Part shown: one piece after another, positions 12,140 to 25,990 of the stretch
Layout of the letters: each line of letters opens with the position of its first letter
How positions within the stretch are numbered: position 1 is the stretch's first letter
Source of the DNA: Octopus bimaculoides
Taxonomy: Eukaryota
Assembly (NCBI RefSeq): GCF_001194135.2
Contig: NC_068981.1
Coordinates: 26,013,457 to 26,077,456, forward strand
Direction of reading: 5' to 3'
DNA: 64,000 nt
Position numbers and translations under genes: made by a program
The notes under the pieces: generated by a model
Databases searched by the model: none
Seen by the model: the letters and a program-made list of their open reading frames with translations, nothing else
Told to the model about the DNA's origin: nothing

Positions 12140-12460
12140 CAACAATAATTTTAGCACAAGGGCCAGTAAGGTCACGGTAAATGGCTAAGCCGATTATATC
12201 GACTACAATTCTCACCCGATATTTATTTTATCGACATCGAGATAATGAAAAGCAAAAAGTCGACCTTCGTGGCTTTTGTAATCAGAACGCAAAGACGAGC
12301 GAAATACTTCTAAGATTCTACCAGCTCGCTGCTGCTCCATAACAATGATAATAATGATCTTTTCCACCATAGGTACAATGTCTGAAATTTGTTGGGAGGA
12401 GACCAGTTGATGACATGAACTCTTCTGCTCAAATGGCATTTATTTTATCGATTGTGCCTT
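12140..12460 (-). mobile_element. Two family 1 SINE pieces
   Basis: TATTTTATCGAC..AAAAGTCGACC..CAGAACG at 12215-12290, and a second tail at 12350-12460. Confidence 0.7.
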
Positions 12461-12521
12461 GATAATAACAACAACAACAACAACAACAATAATAATGATG
12501 ATGATGATGATNNNNNNNNNN

Positions 12522-12557
<36 letters not shown>

Positions 12558-15500
12558 CTTTCATTGGTTACAAGGGCTCAAGACGTGGAGGACAGTATCG
12601 AAGTACGAGTTACAGTACACACGCGTGCGCGCGCGCGCACACACACACACATACAAATAATAATAGTTACAAGGAATGTGCTTGAATTTCTGTAAGAAGA
12701 AACAGTACAATCTACATATTTTATGTCCTTTCTATCGGAAATAGAACAAAACAAAATGAAATTGTTTTTTTTTTTTTAATTGTTTACTTTCGTCTGTCCT
12801 GCATTATTTTGATTCGTGCATATTGCGAGGCACAGTTTCAGAAGAATCAAAAACATAAGATGATTCATTTAGTGTATGTCCACAAACAAAATATATACTT
12901 CAAGCGCATAACGTTTTCATTAATATACCATTTATTATATATAATTTGTAAATTGTCATGTAGAAGTGTTTCATGACAATTTGCTGTCATTGGTGTACCT
13001 AAAGACATTTAATAGATAAGATTTACCGTCATAAAAACCTATTTAGAGCAGCCATTTATAGATTAGTAGTCGATATAAATTTTCGAGTATGTGATAGTCT
13101 TAAGACTTCATTAAATGTTTGTCTGATTGGCAGCTTAATATATTTCATGTTAAGTACACGGCCATTTTTTAAACGTAAGTAGTGATTCGCAATTTTTTTA
13201 GTATGCGTAAAATTTCGTTCATTTTCGATATTTATCACCTAATATATATGTGGCAACTCTGTAACATTTTAGCACATGAGTTTATTCGTGGAGAATATGA
13301 ATCTAACGCAGTACAGCATATTATTGCTATATTTTTAATTGGTTCAACTTTATCTGTTTAGATATTACAAGTTCGATATAAAGTGCATCCTAAGTACAAT
13401 TGTTTAGGATGAAAAATTCCAGTAAATTATAGCAAATTACATCACCGACTATAAACTTTGATAATTTATCATTATGTTTGATGACGAGTACGATTAATGA
13501 CCAGTACAGCTATCTTACTTTGAATGCAGGATAAAAAAAGAAAACGTTTGACATTATGCGTTGCTGATCTACATTAGCACATTTCCTGAAGCTGCATATA
13601 TACATCAGCACTATTTTTTCTCAATCTGCTTGATATAGCAGTCACATATCATTTTAAATCACACTCTGTCGTCTCAGAAAAATAGGATAACACACTGGGT
13701 AATATAATCTTGGATTTACGTTGCCTGACCAAGACGACGTTTCGACAAGTCATGAACGTCATTATTTATAGATATATGTGTTCAAGGTAGAATGATATTA
13801 ATGAAATAATTCTAATTTAATACGTACTGAAAAAGAGACACATGCCCACGTCATTTAGAGAAACTTACAGAAACACATACACTTACGAACAAGCATGTGC
13901 ATACACAAGAACACACTTACGCAATCATGCGCGCACACGTGTGTTAGTGTAATATTCATTCTAGTTTCTGCATTTAATTCTTTGCCTAAAATTGTAGTTT
14001 ACCCATCTTTTTAAAGGAGAATTTATATATATATNNNNNNNNNNNNNNNNNNNNNNNNNNNNNNNNNNNNNNNNNNNNNNNNNNNNNNNNNNNNNNNNNN
14101 NNNNNNNNNNNNNNNNNNNNNNNNNNNNNNNNNNNNNNNNNNNNNNNNNNNNNNNNNNNNNNNNNNNNNNNNNNNNNNNNNNNNNNNNNNNNNNNNNNNN
14201 NNNNNNNNNNNNNNNNNNNNNNNNNNNNNNNNNNNNNNNNNNNNNNNNNNNNNNNNNNNNNNNNNNNNNNNNNNNNNNNNNNNNNNNNNNNNNNNNNNNN
14301 NNNNNNNNNNNNNNNNNNNNNNNNNNNNNNNNNNNNNNNNNNNNNNNNNNNNNNNNNNNNNNNNNNNNNNNNNNNNNNNNNNNNNNNNNNNNNNNNNNNN
14401 NNNNNNNNNNNNNNNNNNNNNNNNNNNNNNNNNNNNNNNNNNNNNNNNNNNNNNNNNNNNNNNNNNNNNNNNNNNNNNNNNNNNNNNNNNNNNNNNNNNN
14501 NNNNNNNNNNNNNNNNNNNNNNNNNNNNNNNNNNNNNNNNNNNNNNNNNNNNNNNNNNNNNNNNNNNNNNNNNNNNNNNNNNNNNNNNNNNNNNNNNNNN
14601 NNNNNNNNNNNNNNNNNNNNNNNNNNNNNNNNNNNNNNNNNNNNNNNNNNNNNNNNNNNNNNTGTGTGTGTGTGTGTGTGTGTGTGTGTGAGTGTGTGCG
14701 TGCGTGCGGGAGTGTGTGCACAAGCGTGTATGTGTGGGTGATCCACCCCAAAAAAACACAAAAATCATACACTCGAAGTAAAAGAACAGCAAATGGAAAG
14801 TCTTAAACGTTTCAAGCGTAACATACTATACCTGTATATATATATTACTTATAGCATTAAGCACAATTAGATACTCAGTTCTATAAAATGAAACCATGCC
14901 TTTCATATTACCAGCTAATAGCAATATCAATTAATATATCTTGTTTACTATTCATGCCATCGGTTTAGTCAAGTGTTTTCGTAATATTGGTTAGAATAGG
15001 TTTTGCGTAGGCGGCGGCGGGGCTTTTCTTCTTTAAAAATGCTTTCCTTACAGGAAATGTTAGAATCTCGTATTCTTCGTTCTGTTTATGCTTCCTAAAC
15101 AGTGTGCAGATGGGGCTGATTTTATTAATCAATGTAAAATATCTTATTATTATTCTTTTCTGTTTTCGGTGTATTAAAAAGACACTGCAATGAATTGCTA
15201 ATCAATTCTATGGAGATCAATATCACAGTAATTGATTTTTCTCTGTCATGACTGTATAACAACCTTTTTCTTAAATATCTTTTTAGCCCGTCTCCTTAAA
15301 AGCAAAAATACTCTTCGCAATAGACAGCGCGGTGTGAAGAAAAACATTACTTCCTTTATCTAAAATAAAATTAAAGTAAAAGCAATCCTCTCTTATTGTT
15401 TGAAATTGACTGATGTTCCATTTTGTTATCTTTTATTGAGTATTTCTTTCACATCTCCTGATGGGTCTTCACATTCGTCTTCACTTTGTCTCTGTCTTTC

Positions 15501-16399
15501 AGAATGTCTGTCTGCCCTATGCTCTCTCTATCATATCCACTCTTTAAATCACTCTTTCTCATTGCATCTATAGCTATTTGCTGAGTTTATATTCTTATTC
15601 ATATAGTTGAAGTGAATCATTGATTAGATCGTTGCACCCTCTTTCTCTTCTTAAGTCTAACGAAAATGTTATTGTTCACGAATGCATATAATTAATAAAA
15701 ATGTTTTGGAAAGTGTACAAGTGTTTTCTTGATACATTCACGCACAAATGCATACAAACACATACATGCTTCGTCCTCACCGTTATACATACGCATTTCT
15801 TGCTACAGTGGGCCGGATGGTTGTTATGGTCGAATTTACTTTATTCGTAGCTACCTCCTTCGTATACAACGTATGGGGGACAGGATTCATTTCCACATTT
15901 TTTCTTTTTGTTTCGTTTTCTCACAGTTGGATGCCCTTTCTTCCACAAGACATTTCATAGTGTATGTCTATCGTGGCCCGCAGTATTAGAAATTTTGCCA
16001 TATCCTTGTTAAGAGTGAATGATCTTTTAACCAATGCCATCTTCATTAATATGCCAACAATTTTACATGGTGTTTCGGCTTTATTTTGCTATGATGCACA
16101 ATTTAATGATGTTGCCTTGTATTCTCTCAGATTGTAGAGTTCTCTCGCTCTACTATGGCGTTAGGTCAAGTCATCCACTGAGAAACTAAGTAGTAGGGTC
16201 ACTAATGACAGAAAACGCAAAATTCGAAAATATACTGGTAGAAAGAGAGTGATGATTTTGAGTGGGTGACAGTATGAGAGAGACTGCCAATCTTAGTTTC
16301 ACCAACAGCAAATTATAGTGAAGAGAAGGGAGGAAACAGAAATGAGTGAAAGGAGGACGATAGGTTTTCTTATCTCTTCTGCAAGACATAACATCATAA

Positions 16400-17880
16400 G
16401 ATTTGTCTTCTCTACTTAATCCTATGTCTTCCGGTTTAACTATCTCCCATATTTTCTTTGAAATTTCAGCGCCCTTCAGTTTTCTTATACAGCTATCATA
16501 TATACATACTCAACACATGCCCATACTAACAGACCTCCCTCTTGTAAAATATATCTGACTCCTCCTTTGCATATTTTTCTCTCTGCTCACATTTCCCTCT
16601 TTCTAAATTATATATCTATCGGAGTATACAATCGTAATTATTTCATAGTCTTCGCAAATCATCTGCACTTCATGTACAATCAACATACACTCTACCTTTC
16701 ACTCTGAGAGAGAAACCCTTTGTAGCTAGTATAAGTAAAAATACCCTGAACTTCTAATCTAATTTTATTCTGGCTACCATACTTTCGGTAATATGATTTC
16801 TCCTAGGTCTGGAATTTCTTCTCTAATTCTACCACAAAATTCACTTATAGGAACTAGGTCATCGATATAGAAGCGTTTCCTCAGAAAGACAGGCTTAAGA
16901 TGCTCTCTCATGTCCTAGATATCTGTGATGAGTAAAAGCGGCGAATTTAACCTGCAGGCAGAAGCTCAGATGGTCTCATACCTTCACTCTAAAACTCGTT
17001 GTGGTGCATAATGCTAAATCTTTGCTTGCTGATCGACAATTCTCTACATGGCTTCTTTTCATAAACCATTCATTAAACTCTGGTTGCATAGGGACTCACA
17101 GATAACAGAATGTGGAATCCAGTCGAAGGCATGTTTTAAATCTGCGGACTCTAGGTTTATATGCTTATTGCCTTCATCCTAAGTATCCCAGTCATTGTCT
17201 CATTAGAAATATGGCAACAGTAGTTCCTTTTCATGGCACAAAACCAAACTGCATCTCATCTAGATAAATAACGTTTTCAATAATTCGACTTGATCTCTTT
17301 CATAATCTTGTCCAGTAATTTGATAATTTGATGCTTTTATAGCGACGACAGTCATTTTCTGCATGATACTTGATCTTCTTTAGTAACTATGTAGGTGACG
17401 GATCCGTATCCTATTTCATCATATACACTATGCTTTTCGGTGGTGATTTTCTAAGGACCGACAGCTTCACTTTAGTTATCTTTATTTTTGTACCATGAAC
17501 GGCAAACCCCTTCGTTGGGGTTTTGAAGTGGAATCTTTCTTTCTCTTGCACTCATGCTTCCATGAGTTTCCACATTGAAGGCATTAGCATACCTCTGCCC
17601 CTTTTCGGCGTTTGTCAATACAAGTGTACTGTGATCATTCTCTTCACACTTCTCTGCTATGGCTCCAAAATGCTTAGCGTACTGCATCAAGTCTTATCCC
17701 TGCCCCTCACGTCACTGAAGAATAGCAGGCCTCTGACTTTCTACCTCGGTTCTTCCTAGGTATGCACCACATCTAACCTCTCTTCCAACTGTTTCTCATT
17801 CCCTTCAAGGCCTGTATCTTAGCTTTTGTGACTACATCTGCAGTTCTATTTTTTCACCTTCTGCACTTCCGACAGTATAA
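16400..17880 (-). mobile_element. Decayed RTE-clade LINE, reverse transcriptase region
   Basis: The minus strand gives DEMQFGFVP, ADLKHAFDWIPHSV and RFYIDDLVP (YxDD). Many disablements; boundaries approximate. Confidence 0.8.
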
Positions 17881-20203
17881 ATAAATGTTGACATTGTCCA
17901 CAAAAATCAAGAATTAATTTCTGATGCCAAGCGCTTTTACTAAGAGATGCAAAGATAAAATGATACAGTAGTAACCCATGTGTTCAGATGTGCAAGACTA
18001 GTTTTTGATTCCGTAAAAAACCTGTTAATTGAATCGGGTTCAGATTTTCTACAACATTAAATTTTATGCTGTAGCTTGTGTATGCGAAGAATATATGTTT
18101 CCTACTTCATATTTACCATTTTCACTCTTTATGTTCCCGAAGAAAATGTTCTTAGTGAGTCAGTCTTCATGGCTTTAGGAGGGGGTGAATATATAAAACT
18201 TTTCTAAAATATTATTTATCTCTAACTTCAGACTATCGATGAAAGTCATTGTCCGAAACGTTATTTATTCTTTCCCTTCACTGCACATTAACATATCCAC
18301 TTTTATATTTTTACGATTGTATTTTCCCCATTCATTAAAATCGCTACAGACTACCACTGGCTTGCATTTTCTAGTGATATTCCTTGTTTAGGCTTCATGT
18401 TTGTACTCCCTTTTTCGTTTTATTTTTTGTGTTTATTGGGAATAGATTTTTCTGTCATTTGTTACATTCTTCAAAAGCTGTTTATGGTGGGTAGCTTTTT
18501 AATGTTTCAGATAAAATTTTGTTTTTTAAATTTTATCTTATCAACAGATATGTAAATGTGATCAGATTATATATTTTTTATTGTTTTGATATCTGAATGT
18601 AGAAGGTCTCAAGAGTTATTGTCTAACTTTTGCCGTCTTTATAATGTTGGTGAGGTCGGATTTAAATAGCTCTCTTTCTTTGTTCCATTATACGTTTTTT
18701 GTTTGTGTTCTAAGACAAAATACTTTTCATTGTGTAGCTGAGGGAGGAGACGTCTCGATGTTTTCTCAATGGTATATCTATACAAGAATTTCGCCACAGA
18801 GACTTTTTTGGGAACTTTAAATACCAAAGGTTTCACTATCTTAGTTCTATTCAATCATACTTTTTTATTGATCGCTATAAATTGTTAAAAGATTTATTCC
18901 CTTATAAACAAAAAGATGATAGATCTGTCTAGCTTTGATCAGTTTTTGTTTTTGAAGAGACAAAGTTTAGAATGCATTATTTATTATGCATTATAACATA
19001 TTAAATATCAGTCTTTAATCTGCAGTACTCGCACCTAAAAAAATGTTCTGAAAATTTTTATTATTATTTTTATTTTTATCTTTTTGATTTTGTGGCTTTC
19101 TTTACTATAATCCGCTTCACCACAAATAATGAAATAATTCCAAAGTTTTGCTAGAAGTATTTTCAAAAATAAATGTAACATATGCCATTTCCAATTCTTA
19201 GAACTATTATTGATACTGACCATCATTTTCCCCCGAAAAGATTAGGTTTCTCATCAGATATTATACCCCTGATCGTATTTGACATTCACTGGAGTATACC
19301 TCTTTAATTGTGCACGTCTTTCGTAAAGTTATTTTATACGTACTGATAACCATTATTACGTATTCAGTCTTTACAATGTCAGATTTGATATATATATCAG
19401 TATGTTATCCGATTGACGAAACAAATAGAGTTATATTATATTGTATTTAAAGAAATTTCAATTGAAAATAGTTTTTAGTTTGGCTTTGTAATTCTTGTGC
19501 ATCCAACAACTCACTGACTCATACAAAATATTACTAATTAAAATTGCTACCGCACCCATGGGTTGGAGACCACCTCATCCTTCACGTTAAATATTTCTGT
19601 TCTGATGATGTTGCATAAAATTTAGAACGATTTAGCAGCGACACCAGTTGATCCTATCTCTACCAGTTAAAAGGGGATGTAGGTAACAGCGGCGAACCTG
19701 GGGATATATGGTTACAGCGGCATCATGGATCAATGAATGATCCGAGATATCAGGAAAATGCCTCATCCTATCATGAGCCATCGCAGCAGCCAATCCGCTG
19801 AAATCTAAAGTTGCGGACATGCATTACACGCTAGAGATTACTCGATTTATACAGTATGTTCTGAACCTTCGGAAACATCTTTCGGCATTGAAACTGCGCA
19901 ACCGTGCACGCTAATTTTGAGTTTAATCTTACAATCAACACATACACCTTAACTTTTGATTTACTCCGAAGCTTATGCTGATATCCACAGTAAGCCGGAG
20001 GGCATCACTGTCCACCTTACTGCCGCCACGGTATTCAAGAAGGCAACTAAATGAGCCATTGGTTGGAAACATTTTAATCGATATTTTTTTTCTTTTACTA
20101 TCTATTACACACTCTCTTAATACACGTATTTATATGTATATAATATTAATGATATAAACGTGCGTGTGTGTCAGCGCGTGTGTATATGTGTGTATGTTCA
20201 CTT

Positions 20204-20283
<80 letters not shown>

Positions 20284-21114
20284 GGTAAACATGCATATCA
20301 ATACATCTATAATACTTGGTAAAATACATGAAAATCTGTTAAAGTACACGATTATATAAAGACAATCCCACACATCCGAAGATAACGTTTGCGTCGGCAT
20401 ACACAAGCTCTAGTCAAATCATATCACACTGTTTTCAAGGATAAAATAGTTTATAAAGCGACGAAGTCGTTGTTCTTCATGCAAAATACTGGTATACATT
20501 GTGTATCACCCCTAAGATTATACGATTACATTTACGACTATAACTATGGCGCTTAACACGTCAACCCCTTTCAGCGATGTCAGAATAATATTGGTATGAA
20601 AAGCTATGCTATAAAACATTAGGGTTTTACTTTTTTCATGTCAATTTCTATTTGACCAAAAGGACAAATACATTCACGATGTAACAAATATACCTATACA
20701 AATTAAAACTATTAAAGAAATAACGACACTGATACATTTAAATATCATAGCAGTAGATTAAGTGATAATATCTGGATCAGTCACAAAAGGCTTATCTTGT
20801 TAAAAGATGCAGAACGCACAAACAAATAACACACACACATGCACTTACATGAAGATGTGAATATCTTTTTTAAACCAGTGAAGAAGACAACATTAACAAA
20901 CAGCTTCTTCAAAATCTCCGTCTTACTGAGAGAAAACAAAAACAGGTTTTTATTTCTACAACACATTACTAGTGCAGTTATGTTACTAAATGTCTAAATT
21001 GCCATCTCGGAATGTAGATTTCTTGCTTTCAAACGAAATTTCGTGCATTTTTCAAATGTAATGTATAAGAATAACTGTGACTATATAGGAAATTTCTTAA
21101 AATTCAACGTATAA

Positions 21115-21410
21115 ATGGCGTGGATATGTGGTAAAAAGTTTGCTTCCCAACCACATTGTTCCGGGTTCAGTCCCACTGTGAAGAACCTTGAGAGAGTGCC
21201 TTCTACCTAGTCAAGTTAAAGGTTTGTGTGTGGATTCGGTAGACGCAAATTGAAAGAAACCAGTCATATATTTATATATATAAAAGTTTATCAGAATTAC
21301 TTAATACAGTTTTGAAGTGTAAAGGTAATTTTCTTTTCATAAAAATTATTTTAAAAAAATGTTATAAAATCTTTTTTTAGAAGTATGTGACCGCTTTCAA
21401 TTAACCCTTT

Positions 21411-21446
<36 letters not shown>

Positions 21447-21705
21447 TAACTATACATACATATGTGTGTTTGTGTCTGCGTTTGTACCTGAATTCTCTCC
21501 ACCTCACAGCTTGACAATCTGTGTTTGTTTGCTTTTCTCTAACTTAGCGGCTCGTCAAAAAGTGTCCGATAAAATAAGTACTAGGCATAAAAGGAAAAAT
21601 ATTGGTGTCAATTCATTCGGCTAAAAAAAAACAAAAAAACTTCCAAGCGGTGCCCTTGCATGGCAGCAGTCAAATGACTTAAACAAGTAAGATGAAAAAA
21701 ACGAA
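21115..21705 (+). mobile_element. Family 2 SINE split by AT-rich and (CA)n sequence
   Basis: Head GGCGTGGATATGTGGTAA..CCGGGTTCAGTCCCACTG at 21117-21265. Tail CTTGACAA..AACTTAGCGG..GCATGGCAGCAGTCAAATGAC at 21470-21705. Confidence 0.75.
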
Positions 21706-21817
21706 TGATAGATGAACTCGTCAGCTATATTGTTAACTGAATTCCTGTGATGCAATTAATTCCTTCTTTCACAAAGAATTCAAATAAATAAAGGGAAAAC
21801 GACTACATGCATTCCCG

Positions 21818-21848
<31 letters not shown>

Positions 21849-23245
21849 NNNNNNNNNNNNNNNNNNNNNNNNNNNNNNNNNNNNNNNNNNNNNNNNNNNN
21901 NNNNNNNNNNNNNNNNNNNNNNNNNNNNNNNNNNNNNNNNNNNNNNNNNNNNNNNNNNNNNNNNNNNNNNNNNNNNNNNNNNNNNNNNNNNNNNNNNNNN
22001 NNNNNNNNNNNNNNNNNNNNNNNNNNNNNNNNNNNNNNNNNNNNNNNNNNNNNNNNNNNNNNNNNNNNNNNNNNNNNNNNNNNNNNNNNNNNNNNNNNNN
22101 NNNNNNNNNNNNNNNNNNNNNNNNNNNNNNNNNNNNNNNNNNNNNNNNNNNNNNNNNNNNNNNNNNNNNNNNNNNNNNNNNNNNNNNNNNNNATATATAT
22201 ATATATATACATATATCTGTGTGCGTGTAAATTAATTGCTTTCCAGTTTAAATATTTATACTAATTTCAGTTTTACATTTGTACTGATAATTTTTATTAC
22301 ATTTAGTTAACACATCTGGATCATTAGCGCTGTCTTCCTCCTCCCGTCTGTTTTATTATTATTACGACATTTACTGACGAGAAAAGTACCTCCTCTACTC
22401 ACCAACAATAGCTACTGATATTACGACCCTGTGCCCAGGCATTGTACTAGCAAATTAGCCAATAATTCCTTTCCAATATGTCAACCTACAAGAAACCCCC
22501 TCTCTTCCAACGTTTTCAAGTTGCACCTTGATTTATGGATTTTCTACCTGATAGCCCACCGCATCAATCTCATTAGTTTATGGAAAGCCAGTGAGTATCA
22601 CGGTTCACTACGCTGCATAGTATCATATTATTTGTTGCTCGTAATCTCAAATGCACTTAATCAGAAATACAATCCTCCTTTCTCCGTTAAGCAATATAAT
22701 GCTAACCTCCATAGTAAACCAGTAAATGTAAAACGTTGCTAAACTGTAAACTACTGCTCAAGACAAGAGACGTGTTCTTTAGATGGGAACGGGTATATAT
22801 ACATTTGTAATGGTAAAACAAAACAAATAAACACAGCCACGGAATCACAATACTGCACACATATACAAGCATANNNNNNNNNNNNNNNNNNNNNNNNNNN
22901 NNNNNNNNNNNNNNNNNNNNNNNNNNNNNNNNNNNNNNNNNNNNNNNNNNNNNNNNNNNNNNNNNNNNNNNNNNNNNNNNNNNNNNNNNNNNNNNNNNNN
23001 NNNNNNNNNNNNNNNNNNNNNNNNNNNNNNNNNNNNNNNNNNNNNNNNNNNNNNNNNNNNNNNNNNNNNNNNNNNNNNNNNNNNNNNNNNNNNNNNNNNN
23101 NNNNNNNNNNNNNNNNNNNNNNNNNNNNNNNNNNNNNNNNNNNNNNNNNNNNNNNNNNNNNNNNNNNNNNNNNNNNNNNNNNNNATGGACTTACAAATAC
23201 ACGAACAAATACACACATACAAAGACTCATACACACACATACACG

Positions 23246-23276
<31 letters not shown>

Positions 23277-24352
23277 AAACACAATCATGCAAACGTACAT
23301 ACATTCACGGATACATACATACATACATACATACATACATTCATACATACATACATACATGTGAATACGTGTATGTGTCTGTCTGCGTGATTTAGATCCT
23401 GTTCTGAACTAAATTTAAAACACGATAACCAATCACATCACAAAACAAATGAAGTTAATATGTCTGTAGTCGAGCTGTATTAAACACTTTCAAAAAAAAA
23501 AAAAAATGGAATTAAAAGATCATGCCACCTCAATATTTGCTTGTTGGTCTATTTTTGTGTTATAGCAAAACGTAATTTTATTTCTTTTCTAGTTAATTGC
23601 TTTTGAGATTACAAGCAACTAACAATATAATGTTGTGAAAAAAAAAAATTAAAAAAAGGAAAAGGGAAAAAAATCAGAAAGGAAAACATACACACCAAGA
23701 ACAGTAACTGGCCATATTGTATTTTCGGGAATATTTGGGTGATTTGCTCTTTCTTTTAGCCCCAGTTTTGAATATTTTAACAGATATAAGCTTGAGTACA
23801 CAATATCAATAACAGGAAGTAGCTGCCAAGTCCGATAATTCTCTTTCAAAATTCTTTTTGTTCAAAATGACCGATTTAGCATAACTATTGGCGAGCAGCC
23901 ATACAGTATTCGATAGTTACACAAACTTTATTAATATTATAAACGTCGTCAGCATGAAAATCTCACATTTGTTTAAATATTCTTAGTCTAACAAAAGATC
24001 GCCAAGTAAATGGGAACCGTGATTAAACACTGAACAGACAGGGATTTTTAAAAAATCTATATACAATCATCTCAACTCGTCTACAATATATACATTAGAT
24101 TTCCCGTCAGAATATTCCTTACAAATACGTGTAAACAGTTGGGTATAAGACATTGTGTGTTTGTATGTGTATGCATGCGCGTGTATGAGTTTGAGTAATC
24201 GTCCTTCGCACTGGGATTATATAGGTGATAGAGGTAGCCTGAAAAGTATAGTAATATCTAATCCAACATTTGGATTCATATGAAGAGTCCAGCGAAACAA
24301 ATATTTAATATAATACACTTATGCATACAGTACGTATACTCCAGCAAGTGCA

Positions 24353-24402
<50 letters not shown>

Positions 24403-24992
24403 CACACACACACATGTATACATACACACACATGTATACACACGCACACACAAACACAAACACACACACATGTATACATACACACACATGTATACACACA
24501 CACACACACATATATATATAAAGTACACATCCACACATATTCATGATTTTGTTTGCCTTCGATTCTTCTTCAGACCTGCGATGTGTGCAAGGCGCATGAT
24601 TTCATGTTACCTCTGATTAATTGCCTGAAAATCAGCGCAAGCTGTTAAATTACCGATGTTTCAGGAAGTGGAGGGGTCCAGGACGAGACATCCCGGAGAA
24701 TGCCTATATCTGCTCGGGATTTAAAATACCTTAAGCAACCACCACATGCATGGTAGAAGAAACTACCAGGTAGCACTCGTGTGCGTGACATCTAAGCTAT
24801 AATAAACCTTTACATATTTATGCATTACGTAGTATTTACGTAGATAGGGTTATAATACAATCTGTGTCCTCGTGAAGTACATATGCATATTCCAGTACTC
24901 CAAAATTGTTTGTAGATGTACACTTGTGTGAGGCGTGCATGAAAATTGATAAGTACTGCAAAACAGTATTCCCAAAACAGGAACTTAGATAG

Positions 24993-25059
<67 letters not shown>

Positions 25060-25500
25060 ATAAACAAAAGACACATGAATTTAATTTCGATTAGACACCC
25101 TATCTGTTTTCACAGTATCCATATTAGAAGAACATTCATCAATGACACTTCGGGAAGAAGCGATCAAGCATGATTGTTGATATAGTTTCAAAGAAATATC
25201 TGATAAAATATATATTACATGTTTACATTAAGTGTGCATGTATATCTGCTGCATAACGGAACATATTCAATTTGCGTTATCACCGCAGTGTTCTTTTTAC
25301 AATTTTCCTTCATACAACAGTTCATTTTTATCTGCGCTTGATTTCGATATATAATTTCCGTCAATCCTTGATTTCATTTACCTCCCAGTATTATCTATCA
25401 CGTTTTCAATAATTCTAAACGTTTTACCATTTAACCATCAGACCGAAATTTGGAGAGTGTACGGTCGAATAATTCGCCCCCAGTACTCGCTTGATACTCC

Positions 25501-25555
<55 letters not shown>

Positions 25556-25824
25556 AACAAAATTAAGGGATCAGCAACAGGTTGCTTCACCACATACCGA
25601 AGTTCAGAAATAGCAGCTAAAAATGCTGAAACTCCAACAGATAGCAGCTACCCGCAACTCACATAGGCAAGACAAGAAGAAAAATAACGAACTAAACTAT
25701 CCATAGTTAATCATATACATGTTTCTGGTTTAGAAGGAAAAACTCTTCATTACCTCATCGGTATGATATTCCTGTTGTAAATTCGACGATACTGGCAAAT
25801 GTGCATGCATGATCTAGCGCCATC

Positions 25825-25990
25825 ATGGCAATCGACACATTTTGAAAGTATCTCCAAATCTACATAGGCGAGCCAGCCACAGATTTTCTGCGGTACCGCC
25901 TGCGACGCACATGGTAATTCTTGAGGGAAGATGATGAGCTGGCCCGCTTATGTAGATTTGGAGATACTTTCAAAATGTGTCGATTGCCAT
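25825..25990. mobile_element. MITE-like fold-back, 53-bp arms and 60-bp spacer
   Basis: 25825-25877 and 25938-25990 are reverse complements at 51/53 positions. No TSD is evident. Confidence 0.7.

Noticed and set aside
15794-16165. Three plus-strand mini-exon candidates with good AG/GT sites
   Set aside because: More than one frame combination is possible, one intron would be under 60 nt, and the peptide is uninformative. This shows how easily such chains arise by chance.
18640-19230. Possible Penelope N-terminal remnant on the minus strand (ELFKSDLTNIIK)
   Set aside because: The similarity is too short and degenerate to support without a profile search.
19670-19715. Collagen-like GDV-GNS-GEP-GDI on the plus strand
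   Set aside because: Only four triplets, no suitable splice sites around them, and no other Gly-X-Y exons in the window.
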